Shown: one piece after another, positions 19,367-28,640 of the stretch
Layout of the letters: every line of letters starts with the position of its first letter
How positions within the stretch are numbered: position 1 is the stretch's first letter
From: an uncultured cyanobacterium
GTDB lineage: Bacteria; Cyanobacteriota; Cyanobacteriia; Cyanobacteriales; CAWCAG01
DNA length: 64,000 nucleotides
Assembly (NCBI GenBank): GCA_963793425.1
Contig: CAWCAG010000005.1
Location: 512,001 to 576,000 of the forward strand
Direction of reading: 5' to 3'
The notes under the pieces: model-generated
The model's database searches: none
The model's input: only the letters and a program-made list of their open reading frames with translations
Told to the model about the DNA's origin: nothing
Program-made: the position numbers and the translations under genes

Positions 19367-19828
19367 ATGTTAAATATCTCTTCAGAACATCTTGAGAAGA
19401 TCCGTAAACAGGGAGAAAGTACTTATCCTGAAGAATGCTGCGGTTTACTGATCGGAACATTACAGGATAGTAAAAAGATTGTACGCAATATTTTGCCGCA
19501 AAAAAATAGTTGGGGGGAAGACAATTCTTTTCCGGGAGAAAATTCTCAATTTGACAAACGCCGTCGCTTCAGCATCGCCCCCCAAGCTTTATTAAAAGCA
19601 CAAAAAGAAGCGAGAAAACTCAACTTAGCCATTATTGGTATCTATCACTCTCATCCCAATTATCCTGCCCAGCCTTCAGAGTTTGATCGGGCGATCGCTT
19701 GGTCAGAATATTCTTATATTATAGTTTCTGTAACCGAAGGCAAATCTGGAGACTTGTTTAGTTGGGTTTTAGATGATGAGGGGAAATTTCAACGGGAAGA
19801 AATTCTGCAAACTATTGAAACTGGGTAA
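19367..19828 (+). CDS. M67/Mov34 (JAB/JAMM) metallopeptidase
   Basis: YPEECCGLL and GIYHSHP...PSEFD JAMM motif. Confidence 0.93.
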   Translation: MLNISSEHLEKIRKQGESTYPEECCGLLIGTLQDSKKIVRNILPQKNSWGEDNSFPGENSQFDKRRRFSIAPQALLKAQKEARKLNLAIIGIYHSHPNYPAQPSEFDRAIAWSEYSYIIVSVTEGKSGDLFSWVLDDEGKFQREEILQTIETG

Positions 19829-19853
19829 AAAAAAGTACGGGTGCAAAGTTATT

Positions 19854-20069
19854 ATGTCTGACAATCAAGACGAGTCTTATTTTCGAGATTTCCTAGTTCC
19901 TAACTTAAAAAATACTGTAGAGTCAGCCAATTTTCAACATAAAATAGGCAATCATGACATCGCAAACTATTTCCTTCAACAGGCTAAGAAAGGGCTAGAA
20001 GAGTGCATTGAACAAAATAAGAAAGACAAAACCGAAGCAGAAGGAACAGGAGAAGATGAGGAAAACTGA
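19854..20069 (+). CDS. Hypothetical small protein (71 aa, acidic tail)
   Basis: Internal ATG 19854 of ORF 19773-20069; overlaps the next ORF; family not recognised. Confidence 0.5.
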   Translation: MSDNQDESYFRDFLVPNLKNTVESANFQHKIGNHDIANYFLQQAKKGLEECIEQNKKDKTEAEGTGEDEEN

Positions 20070-20409
20070 TAGCTTTACAATTTGTCCTTGGCAGGAAATG
20101 GCTAGCGTTGTAACTCACTCCCGCTTGAGTGGCAAGAAACTAAGCAGTTTCCTGAATTTTGTCTTTGAATATTACTCACCAGTAGTAGTAATTTGTCAGT
20201 CAATGGAAAGTAGTTCCTACGCCTATATTTTTGCACAATCTGATAAATTTGTTGATGTGGCAAGTTTGTTAAAGATTCTGACTCGTTGGGAAATGGGCTG
20301 GAATTTGAGTGATGGCCTTTTATACTCACCTCGCCCCAGCAAATTGGAACCTCCTGAATTACAAAGGGCGATCGCCTCTGCCCGTAGGAAAGTTTTAGCT
20401 AATAAATAA
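20056..20409 (+). CDS. Hypothetical protein (117 aa)
   Basis: ATG 20056 preceded by SD aggag; 14 nt overlap with the upstream ORF; family not recognised. Confidence 0.55.
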   Translation: MRKTDSFTICPWQEMASVVTHSRLSGKKLSSFLNFVFEYYSPVVVICQSMESSSYAYIFAQSDKFVDVASLLKILTRWEMGWNLSDGLLYSPRPSKLEPPELQRAIASARRKVLANK

Positions 20410-20466
20410 AAGAAGCCATTAGAGTACCAAAATCAAAGAAATATTCTCACCAATTCTGAGATTTTC

Positions 20467-20499
20467 GCAACTAGCAACTAGCAACTAGCAACTAGCAAC
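20467..20499. repeat. Heptamer tandem repeat (gcaacta)n, STRR-like
   Basis: Four full copies plus a partial copy between convergent genes. Confidence 0.9.
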
Positions 20500-20504
20500 A
20501 AATC

Positions 20505-21776
20505 CTAATTCCAAACCTTAATAACCCGCCCAGTAACTTCTTTTTCCCACCAAGGAGTATTGGAACTTAAAGAATAAAGATTTTTTCTATCAACTTGCCA
20601 GGTTTTTTGTGGGGCAAATAAAACTAATTCTGCTTTTGTACCTGGAGTTAAAGGGGATGGTTTTTGCCCAAGACAATTTTTTGGCCCGACTGTTAAAGCT
20701 CTCCAGAGATCGATGGCAGATAAGATGCCTAGGGCGACTAATTTCTCCCACAATAAAGGTAGCATTAACTCTAAACCAATAGCTCCTGGGGGGGCTTCAG
20801 CGAAGGCGACGGTTTTTTCTTCGTAGGTGTAAGGACAATGATCTACTGCGATCGCCTCAATAATACCTTCTTTCACTCCCTCAATTAAAGCAATTCTATC
20901 TTCAGGATTTCCTAAAGGAGGTTCTAAACGTAAGTTGGGATGATAACTTTGAGTATCCTGGCTATCTAGAAGTAAGTGTAACCAAGAAGTACTTGCTGTG
21001 ACAGGAACACCACGCTTTTTCGCTTCAGCGATCAATTCTACACTACGGGCTGTGGATATAGCCATAATATGTACCTTCGTTCCCACTGCTGCTACCACTT
21101 CTAGTAAAGCAGCCAGGGCAGCAGCTTCTGCCATAGCAGGGTTTCCGGGCAAGCCGTAACGTAGGGAACAAGCCCCCTCACGCATCACCCCATTGCCCTG
21201 TAAATGAGCATCAACCGCCCTCAAAGCCACTGGTTTATCAAGAGGTTGCAAGTACTCTAATAACCTGCGTACCAGGGCGAGATCCCTCACTGAGGTTGCA
21301 TCTGTAAAGCCTATAACCCCCGCTGCACAGAGTTTAGCTAATTCGCTCATTTGTTCTCCTTTTCCCCCAACGGTAAGATTACCCCAAAAATTCATTTTTA
21401 CTGGGGCAATGAGGGAACTTTGAATTGCTTGTTGTTTGTGCTGAAGCAATACTAATTCTGCGGGATTATCAAGGGGAGGGGAGGTATTAGGCAAAATATT
21501 TAACTGAGTAAAGCCTCCCGCTGTAGCAGCCTGAGCTAAACTTAAAAGGGTTTCTCGCTCTTCATATCCTGGCTCTCCACTACGACTATAAAGGTCTATT
21601 AACCCAGGAGCAAGTATTAATCCCTGGCAATCGGTGACTATTGCCTCTGAGGGGAATTCTTGAATTTGAGGAGCAATAGCTTTAATAATTCCATTCACCA
21701 GCAAAACATCAGCTATGGCCTCTTTTCCCGAAACCGGGTCTAATACTCTTACTTGTTCCAGGAGTTCGCTATTCAT
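20505..21776 (-). CDS. pyrC: Dihydroorotase-like protein (PyrC'/PyrX type, metal-ligand histidines absent)
   Basis: Amidohydrolase motifs LAPGLIDLYSRSGEPG, AGGFT, PNT.P..D, AVDHCP; the HxH ligands are replaced by Y-S-R. Confidence 0.8.
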   Translation of the reverse strand: MNSELLEQVRVLDPVSGKEAIADVLLVNGIIKAIAPQIQEFPSEAIVTDCQGLILAPGLIDLYSRSGEPGYEERETLLSLAQAATAGGFTQLNILPNTSPPLDNPAELVLLQHKQQAIQSSLIAPVKMNFWGNLTVGGKGEQMSELAKLCAAGVIGFTDATSVRDLALVRRLLEYLQPLDKPVALRAVDAHLQGNGVMREGACSLRYGLPGNPAMAEAAALAALLEVVAAVGTKVHIMAISTARSVELIAEAKKRGVPVTASTSWLHLLLDSQDTQSYHPNLRLEPPLGNPEDRIALIEGVKEGIIEAIAVDHCPYTYEEKTVAFAEAPPGAIGLELMLPLLWEKLVALGILSAIDLWRALTVGPKNCLGQKPSPLTPGTKAELVLFAPQKTWQVDRKNLYSLSSNTPWWEKEVTGRVIKVWN

Positions 21777-21957
21777 GAGCAAAGATTCTAGACTGAACCA
21801 GTAATTATGTCATCAGTAGAAAAGAAGAATTTGATGACTCTTTTTTACCTTTGACTGAGCTAGACGCAATAATTCCCTACTTTGAGCCATTAAACAATCA
21901 AGAACAAATGACTCATTTCTATTAAAATATGTAAATAAACTGAGAAGGAAAACCTAA

Positions 21958-23472
21958 ATGCGCGTTGCGATAGTTGGTGCGGGACTAGCAGGAATGGCTA
22001 CAGCCATTGACTTAGTTGATGCTGGTTATGAGGTAGAAATTTTTGAATCTCGTCCCTTTGTGGGAGGGAAAGTGGGTAGTTGGGTGGATAAAGACGGTAA
22101 TCATTTAGAAATGGGTTTACACGTCTTTTTTGGCTGCTACTACAATCTGTTTGGGTTGATGGAAAAGGTGGGGGCTATTGATAATTTACGCCTCAAGGAA
22201 CATACCCACAGTTTTATTAACCAAGGAGGAAGAGTTGGGCAACTTGATTTTCGCTTCCTCACCGGGGCCCCTTTTAATGGTTTGAAAGCTTTTTTCACTA
22301 CATCTCAACTTTCTTCGGTAGATAAAATTGCTAACTCCTTAGCTTTGGGAACAAGTCCTATTGTGCGGGGTTTAGTAGATTTTGAAGGGGCAATGAAAAA
22401 TATTCGCGCCCTGGATGCTATTAGTTTTGCTGATTGGTTTCGCAAACAGGGGGGCAATAATGGCAGCTTGAAAAAAATGTGGAACCCGATCGCTTATGCC
22501 CTGGGTTTCATTGACACAGAAAATATTTCTGCCCGTTGTATGCTGACCATTTTCCAACTCTTCGCCGCTAAAACCGAAGCTTCCGTTTTAAGGATGTTGG
22601 AAGGTTCGCCTTATGAATATCTCCACAAACCAATTATTGATTATTTAGAAGCGAGGGGAACAAAAATTCATACCCGCCGCCGAGTCAGAGAAATTCTTTT
22701 TCAAGGTGAAGGAAAAGAAACTCAGGTAACTGGTTTGGTAGTGGCTAACGGAGAAAGAGAAGAAACTATCACTGCTGATGCTTATGTTTGCGCCTGCGAT
22801 CTACCGGGTATACAAAGAATTTTGCCTCAAGAATGGCGCAAGTGGTCAGAGTTTGACAACATTTATCAACTAGAAGCTGTCCCTGTGGCTACAGTACAAT
22901 TGCGTTTTGATGGTTGGGTAACAGAGATGCAAGATCCTCAAAAGCGTCAACAGTTAGAAGCTGCAGCAGGTATTGATAACCTACTTTATACCCCTGATGC
23001 AGATTTTTCTTGTTTTGCGGATCTCGCCTTAACTAGTCCGGGAGATTATTACAAACAAGGAGAAGGTTCTTTACTACAATTAGTTTTAACTCCTGGAGAT
23101 CCTTTTATTAAAAAGAACAACCAAGAAATTGCCCAACACGTTTTGGCACAAGTGCAGGAACTTTTCCCCTCAGCTAGGGAATTGAATATGACTTGGTATA
23201 GTGTAGTGAAGTTAGCCCAATCTCTATATAGAGAAGCCCCCGGCATGGATGTTTATCGCCCGGCACAACAAACCCCAATTACTAACTTTTTTTTAGCTGG
23301 TAGCTACACTCAACAAGATTATATCGATAGTATGGAAGGAGCAACTCTTTCTGGTAAACAAGCTGCCCAAGCAATATTAGCAAGTCAAAAGCCAAAGGGC
23401 AAAAGTCAAAAGCCATTAGCAAAAGCTGTAGTCAAAAGCCAAAGGGCAAAAACTAGACAGCTTTTGCCATAG
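21958..23472 (+). CDS. zds: 9,9'-di-cis-zeta-carotene desaturase
   Basis: [47 protein letters not shown]. Confidence 0.96.
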   Translation: MRVAIVGAGLAGMATAIDLVDAGYEVEIFESRPFVGGKVGSWVDKDGNHLEMGLHVFFGCYYNLFGLMEKVGAIDNLRLKEHTHSFINQGGRVGQLDFRFLTGAPFNGLKAFFTTSQLSSVDKIANSLALGTSPIVRGLVDFEGAMKNIRALDAISFADWFRKQGGNNGSLKKMWNPIAYALGFIDTENISARCMLTIFQLFAAKTEASVLRMLEGSPYEYLHKPIIDYLEARGTKIHTRRRVREILFQGEGKETQVTGLVVANGEREETITADAYVCACDLPGIQRILPQEWRKWSEFDNIYQLEAVPVATVQLRFDGWVTEMQDPQKRQQLEAAAGIDNLLYTPDADFSCFADLALTSPGDYYKQGEGSLLQLVLTPGDPFIKKNNQEIAQHVLAQVQELFPSARELNMTWYSVVKLAQSLYREAPGMDVYRPAQQTPITNFFLAGSYTQQDYIDSMEGATLSGKQAAQAILASQKPKGKSQKPLAKAVVKSQRAKTRQLLP

Positions 23473-23529
23473 ACTATGGTTAGGGTTAAGTCAAAAATTT
23501 CTCTCAACAGTAGGTAATAGTATTACTGC

Positions 23530-23557
23530 TTATTACTTATTACTTATTACTTATTAC
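23530..23557. repeat. Heptamer tandem repeat (ttattac)4
   Basis: Direct reading; same unit at about 32490-32518 and 40511-40547. Confidence 0.9.
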
Positions 23558-23566
23558 TTGAATCAA

Positions 23567-24004
23567 ATGTCCAAGTGGTTAGAACATAGTGTACAAGTCG
23601 AAGTTGATATTCCCATTGAACTAGTATGGGGTTTGTGGTCAGATTTAGAACAAATGCCCCGTTGGATGAAGTGGATTGATTCGGTTAGAGTCTTAGAAGA
23701 TCAGCCGGAAATTTCTCGCTGGAAACTAGCTAGTGGTGTTTGGGAATTTACTTGGCTATCTCGTATTTTAAAGTTAGTTCCCCAACAAATTGTGCAATGG
23801 GAATCTGTGGATGGTTTACCAAACCGAGGGGCAGTACGCTTTTATGATCGTAAAGGTAGCAGTATTGTCAAATTAACTGTAGCCTATCAGGTTCCGAGGA
23901 TTTTAGAAATTGTCGATAATCTCTTTCTGGGGCAAATTGTCGAATCTTCTCTCCAAGCTGATATGGAAAGATTTAAAGAATATGCAATGCAGGTGCAAGA
24001 GTAG
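23567..24004 (+). CDS. SRPBCC/polyketide cyclase-like protein (usual zds neighbour)
   Basis: WLEHSVQVEV, WSDLEQMPRWM, WESVDGLPNRGAVRF. Confidence 0.9.
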   Translation: MSKWLEHSVQVEVDIPIELVWGLWSDLEQMPRWMKWIDSVRVLEDQPEISRWKLASGVWEFTWLSRILKLVPQQIVQWESVDGLPNRGAVRFYDRKGSSIVKLTVAYQVPRILEIVDNLFLGQIVESSLQADMERFKEYAMQVQE

Positions 24005-24052
24005 AGCCCAAATCCTAAGCAAAGAATTTTAAGTGAGGGGGAAAAATGAGCA

Positions 24053-24568
24053 ATGAGTGATGATTCATTTCCATCAGTAGAACAAACTTTGGGGGCTTGC
24101 TTAGCGCTTACTGGCTTAACTTTAACTTTTGCTGTAGATGGTTCTGTTCCTGAAACGCAACAAGCCAGTGTAAACTCAAACAAATTACTACCCAAAGTTA
24201 GTTTAAACAATGATGGGCAACGTTGGCTAGAAATAGACCTTTCTGACCAAAGATTGTTTGCTTGGGAAGGGAATACTCAAGTTCATGCTGTCATTGTCTC
24301 TACTGGCAAGAGTAGCACTCCTACCCCGACAGGAAAGTTTACTATTGGGCAAAAGCTTCCTCAACAGCGAATGCAGGGGGCTGGGTACAGTCTCCCCAAT
24401 GTCCCTCATGTCATGTACTATTCTGGCAATTACGCTATACACGGTACTTACTGGCATAACAACTTTGGCATTCCTGTTAGTCATGGTTGCATTAATTTGG
24501 CCCCGGATCAAGCTAGTTGGTTTTATGACTGGGCTGCTTTGGGGACACCTGTGGTTATTCATGAGTAG
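24053..24568 (+). CDS. L,D-transpeptidase (YkuD family)
   Basis: IDLSDQRL, VSTGK, TPTG.F, AIHGTYWH...SHGCINL. Confidence 0.93.
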   Translation: MSDDSFPSVEQTLGACLALTGLTLTFAVDGSVPETQQASVNSNKLLPKVSLNNDGQRWLEIDLSDQRLFAWEGNTQVHAVIVSTGKSSTPTPTGKFTIGQKLPQQRMQGAGYSLPNVPHVMYYSGNYAIHGTYWHNNFGIPVSHGCINLAPDQASWFYDWAALGTPVVIHE

Positions 24569-24673
24569 AATTGCTGGAAATGGGGAGCTGGGGAAATGGG
24601 GAAGTAATAATTTGAGAATTTACTGTTTCCTCTGCAATAGGAATTGCCGTAAATCGCAAATGTAGAGTCTTTC

Positions 24674-24688
24674 ATGCACTATTAGCAT
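24674..24688. promoter_or_regulatory. NtcB-type LysR binding site
   Basis: ATGC-actatta-GCAT, an exact ATGC-N7-GCAT upstream of nirA. Confidence 0.65.
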
Positions 24689-24785
24689 CAAATCAAACAC
24701 AAGACGCATTGAAGTACAGGTTAATGTATAAGGCTACACATTTTATCTCCTCAAATACTAATAACTTAAACAGAAACTAACAAAA

Positions 24786-24827
24786 GTAGTTTTTTTTACT
24801 GAAGGAAGTAGCCTCAACCATTAAGCT
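24786..24827 (+). promoter_or_regulatory. Class II NtcA-activated promoter of nirA
   Basis: GTA-gttttttt-TAC (24786-24799), 22 nt spacer, TAAGCT -10 box (24822-24827). Confidence 0.85.
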
Positions 24828-24922
24828 GTTACACGAACTAGGGGAAAACACTTTTAATATCCATAAGGCTGCATCTGAGGCTAAATCAGTATAAATAGAG
24901 GAATCTTTAATAGGGAAAATAT

Positions 24923-26464
24923 ATGACTAGTGCTACCAAGCCAGCTAAATTAAACAAATTTGAAAAATTTAAAGCCAAAAAAGATGGATTAGATATTAAA
25001 GATGAACTAGAACATTTTGCCCAAATAGGTTGGGAAGCCGTTGAAGCAGACGACTTACAACATCGCCTCAAGTGGGTAGGAGTTTTTCATCGCCCCGTAA
25101 CTCCTGGCAAATTTATGTTGCGGATGCGTACCCCCAACGGCATTCTTAATAGTACTCAGTTGCAAGTATTAGCGGAGATTGTCCAGCGCTATGGAGAAGA
25201 TGGTAGCGCCGATATTACTACCAGGCAGAATCTTCAGCTAAGGGGAGTACATTTAGAAGATATTCCTGATATTTTCCGCCGCTTTGATGAAGTAGGCTTA
25301 ACTTCCATGCAATCTGGTATGGATAATGTCCGCAACATCACCGGTTCCCCCGTTGCGGGTATTGATGCTAATGAATTGATTGATACCAGGGAATTGGTAC
25401 AAAAAGTTCAAGATGCCATCACTAATAGCGGTGAGGGAAACTATGAATTTACTAATCTACCTCGCAAATTCAACATTGCTATTGAGGGAGGAAGGGATAA
25501 CTCAGTTCATGCTGAAATTAATGATATTGCTTTTGTTCCTGCCTACAAAGATGGGGAATTAGGTTTTAATGTTGTTGTTGGTGGTTTCTTTTCTGCTAAG
25601 CGTTGCGAAGCTGCAATCCCTCTTCATGCTTGGGTTGCTCCTCAAGTAGAAGATGTTGTTGATCTTTCTTTAGCTATCCTCAAAGTCTATCGTGACAATG
25701 GTTCCCGTGCTAATCGCCAAAAATCTCGCATGATGTGGCTGATTGATGAATGGGGCATTGCCAAATTCCGGGATGAGGTAGAAAAAGAGTTTGGTCGTCC
25801 CTTGGCATCAGAAGCCCCAGAAGATGCTATAGACTGGGATAAACTTGACCACATTGGCGTTTATCCTCAAAAACAAGCAGAGTTAAACTACGTTGGTTTA
25901 TATGTTCCTGTGGGTAAATTATCTGCCCAGGAGATGTTTGATTTGGCGCGGTTAGCAGAAGTTTATGGCAGTAGCGAAGTGCGCTTCACTGTAGAACAAA
26001 ACGTCATTATTCCTAACATCAATGATGCTAACTTAGATGCGTTTTTGGCAGAACCTCTTTTGCAAAAATTCACCATTGCCCCTAACATTTTGGAGCGATC
26101 GCTAGTTTCCTGCACTGGGGCGGAGTTTTGCAACTTTGCTTTAATTGAAACCAAAAATCGCGCTTTAGCAATGATTCGTGATCTACAAGCTGAGTTAGAA
26201 ATACCTGAAAGGGTACGTATTCACTGGACAGGTTGTCCTAATTCCTGTGGACAACCCCAGGTTGCTGATATCGGTTTGATGGGAACCAAGGTACGCAAAG
26301 ATGGCAAAACCACAGAAGGAGTTGATCTTTATATGGGAGGTAAAGTCGGTAAAGATGCTCATCTGGGTAGTTGTGTGCAAAAGGGCATTGCTTGCGATGA
26401 TTTGCCGGAATTTCTACGCACTTTGTTAATTAAAGATTTTGGTGCAAAACCCCGAAAAAGTTAA
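24923..26464 (+). CDS. nirA: Ferredoxin-nitrite reductase
   Basis: TTRQNLQLRG, GMDNVRN, LPRKFN, SCTGAEFC and TGCPNSC siroheme/[4Fe-4S] cysteines. Confidence 0.97.
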   Translation: MTSATKPAKLNKFEKFKAKKDGLDIKDELEHFAQIGWEAVEADDLQHRLKWVGVFHRPVTPGKFMLRMRTPNGILNSTQLQVLAEIVQRYGEDGSADITTRQNLQLRGVHLEDIPDIFRRFDEVGLTSMQSGMDNVRNITGSPVAGIDANELIDTRELVQKVQDAITNSGEGNYEFTNLPRKFNIAIEGGRDNSVHAEINDIAFVPAYKDGELGFNVVVGGFFSAKRCEAAIPLHAWVAPQVEDVVDLSLAILKVYRDNGSRANRQKSRMMWLIDEWGIAKFRDEVEKEFGRPLASEAPEDAIDWDKLDHIGVYPQKQAELNYVGLYVPVGKLSAQEMFDLARLAEVYGSSEVRFTVEQNVIIPNINDANLDAFLAEPLLQKFTIAPNILERSLVSCTGAEFCNFALIETKNRALAMIRDLQAELEIPERVRIHWTGCPNSCGQPQVADIGLMGTKVRKDGKTTEGVDLYMGGKVGKDAHLGSCVQKGIACDDLPEFLRTLLIKDFGAKPRKS

Positions 26465-26981
26465 ATGATTTAGCTGTTTTTTCCTTTTTATAAAAGCAGG
26501 AAATTGTCTTATTGAGGTAATTTTTTGGTTAATAGATTACCAGCTATTAACCAACATTATTGCTATGAAAATTTCACTTGTAACTTTCCTTTATGCGTTT
26601 GCATCATAACATCATAAAAAAAACGAAATCAATTAGTTTTTTTGTTACGAAGAATACTAAAACAAAACTGAATAGGGTTAATTATATGTAGCTATATTGC
26701 ATCAATTTCAATGTTCTTACTTAGTCAAACAAAAAATCTTAATCAACTTGACTAGCTAAAGAAGAACTGGATTTTTTAAGTCCTCTTTGTTTAACAAAGT
26801 TAAGACTAGATAAGAGAAACATCATCAAACCCCCTGAATATGTTGACTTTCCTGAATGATTTTATTCCTGGGTTAAGCGAACATCAAAAATGTTTTTTTA
26901 ACCTTAACTAACGAGAGTGCATACTGCTTTTTAAAGTTGAAGTCTTTTATTGTTGTCCCCTCCATTGAAAGGAAGTAAAAA

Positions 26982-28499
26982 ATGCTCAAAGAAATGTGGT
27001 CGTTCCGAGGTAGATATAAAATCCTCCACATGACCTGGTTTGCCTTTTTCCTAACCTTTGTAATCTGGTTTAACTTAGCGCCTTTTGCCACCTCAATTAA
27101 GGCAGATTTTGGCTTAGAGGAAGGTCAAATTAGAACCCTAGCAATTTGTAACGTCGCCCTAACAGTTCCTGCCCGAATTATCATTGGGATGCTGTTAGAT
27201 AGATTCGGACCAAGAATTACTTTCACCTGTCTACTAATTTATGCAGCTATTCCTTGTCTAGCTTTTGCTTCAGCCCAAGACTTCGGACAATTAGTAGCCA
27301 GCCGTTTAGCCCTGAGTATTGTTGGTGGTGGTTTTGTAATCGGCATCCGCATGACAGCAGAGTGGTTTCCTCCTAAAGAAATTGGCTTGGCAGAAGGTAT
27401 TTATGGTGGTTGGGGTAACTTTGGTTCGGCGGCATCAGCTTTCACCCTCCCCACCATTGCTGCTTTGCTAACTTTTGGTGCTGGTGGTGATATCCTTAAC
27501 TGGCGCTTAACTATCGCTTTGACAGGTATTATTGCAGCTATCTATGGCGTAATTTACTACTTTAGCGTTCAAAATACTCCTCCCGGCAAAGTTTATCAGC
27601 GTCCTGCTAGTGCTAGAGGAATTGAAGTTACCAGCAAAGGTGATTTTTGGTTCTTACTTTTAATGAATGCGCCCCTTTCCCTCATTCTTGGTGTTCTTGC
27701 TTGGCGCTTAAACAAAGTTGGCTTCTTTACAACCAACGCAATGTATATCACCTGGGCTGGTTTAGTTGCTTTATATCTGTTCCAAGCTTACAACTGCTGG
27801 GTTGTTAACAAAGACTTAATGACAGGCAGAAAACGCTATGCCCCGGAAGAACGTTATAACTTTGCTCAAGTTGCCATTCTCGAACTTACCTATGTCGTTA
27901 ACTTTGGTTCAGAACTAGCGGTAGTTTCGATGCTGCCAGCATTCTTTGAAGCAACTTTTGGTTTAGATAAGCAAGCTGCGGGTATGATTGCAGCTAGTTA
28001 CGCTTTCATGAACCTAGTGTCCCGTCCTGGCGGTGGTTTAATCTCTGACAAACTGGGCAGCCGCAAATTAACCATGGGGGTACTAACCTTCTGTATGGGT
28101 GTTGGCTACCTAATTTTCAGTACCGTAACTGGAGGTTGGTGGCTTCCTGCTGCTGTATTGCTAGTCATGGCTTGTTCTTTCTTCGTCCAAGCTGGTGAAG
28201 GTTCCACCTTTGCTATGGTTCCTTTAATTAAGCGTCGCGTTACTGGTCAAATTGCTGGTAACGTTGGTGCTTACGGTAACGTTGGTGCAGTAGCTTACTT
28301 AACCATGTACAGTTTGTTACCTGAAGGAGACGTTGGCAACCGTATCTTCTTCCAAGTATTGGGAGTTGCGGCTGTGGTAGTGGGCTTCCTATGTTTCTTT
28401 GTTCTCAAAGAACCCAAAGGTTCCTTTGCCGATTTCCATGAAGGAGAAGATGCTCACTCAGAAGAGCCTATTGTGGAAACTAGAGAAGTTGTTAATTAA
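26982..28499 (+). CDS. nrtP: NarK/NRT2-family nitrate/nitrite MFS transporter
   Basis: 12-TM MFS with nitrate signatures GIYGGWGNFG and GNVGAYGNVG; between nirA and narB. Confidence 0.95.
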   Translation: MLKEMWSFRGRYKILHMTWFAFFLTFVIWFNLAPFATSIKADFGLEEGQIRTLAICNVALTVPARIIIGMLLDRFGPRITFTCLLIYAAIPCLAFASAQDFGQLVASRLALSIVGGGFVIGIRMTAEWFPPKEIGLAEGIYGGWGNFGSAASAFTLPTIAALLTFGAGGDILNWRLTIALTGIIAAIYGVIYYFSVQNTPPGKVYQRPASARGIEVTSKGDFWFLLLMNAPLSLILGVLAWRLNKVGFFTTNAMYITWAGLVALYLFQAYNCWVVNKDLMTGRKRYAPEERYNFAQVAILELTYVVNFGSELAVVSMLPAFFEATFGLDKQAAGMIAASYAFMNLVSRPGGGLISDKLGSRKLTMGVLTFCMGVGYLIFSTVTGGWWLPAAVLLVMACSFFVQAGEGSTFAMVPLIKRRVTGQIAGNVGAYGNVGAVAYLTMYSLLPEGDVGNRIFFQVLGVAAVVVGFLCFFVLKEPKGSFADFHEGEDAHSEEPIVETREVVN

Positions 28500-28532
28500 T
28501 AGCTTTTGGTAAAACCTCAAGTAAGAAGGACG

Positions 28533-28556
28533 GGGCGATCTTGTTGAAGATTGCCC
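28533..28556 (+). other. Intergenic stem-loop between nrtP and narB
   Basis: gggcgatctt-gttg-aagattgccc, a 10 bp stem with one G-U pair and no U-tract. Confidence 0.6.
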
Positions 28557-28640
28557 TAACTTCACTCCTAAATCAGATTAGCCAATTAGATGTTTGACAT
28601 AAACTGACTAATAGTAATCAAGTTATTAAACCAGGAAGCA

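Noticed and set aside
19367..19828. JAB gene as part of a CBASS or other ubiquitin-like defence system
   Set aside because: No CD-NTase, E1/E2 or effector gene is nearby, and the sequence resembles the housekeeping Mec/CysO-peptidase type.
24258..24665. 135 aa hydrophobic ORF
   Set aside because: It is an alternative frame of the L,D-transpeptidase gene.
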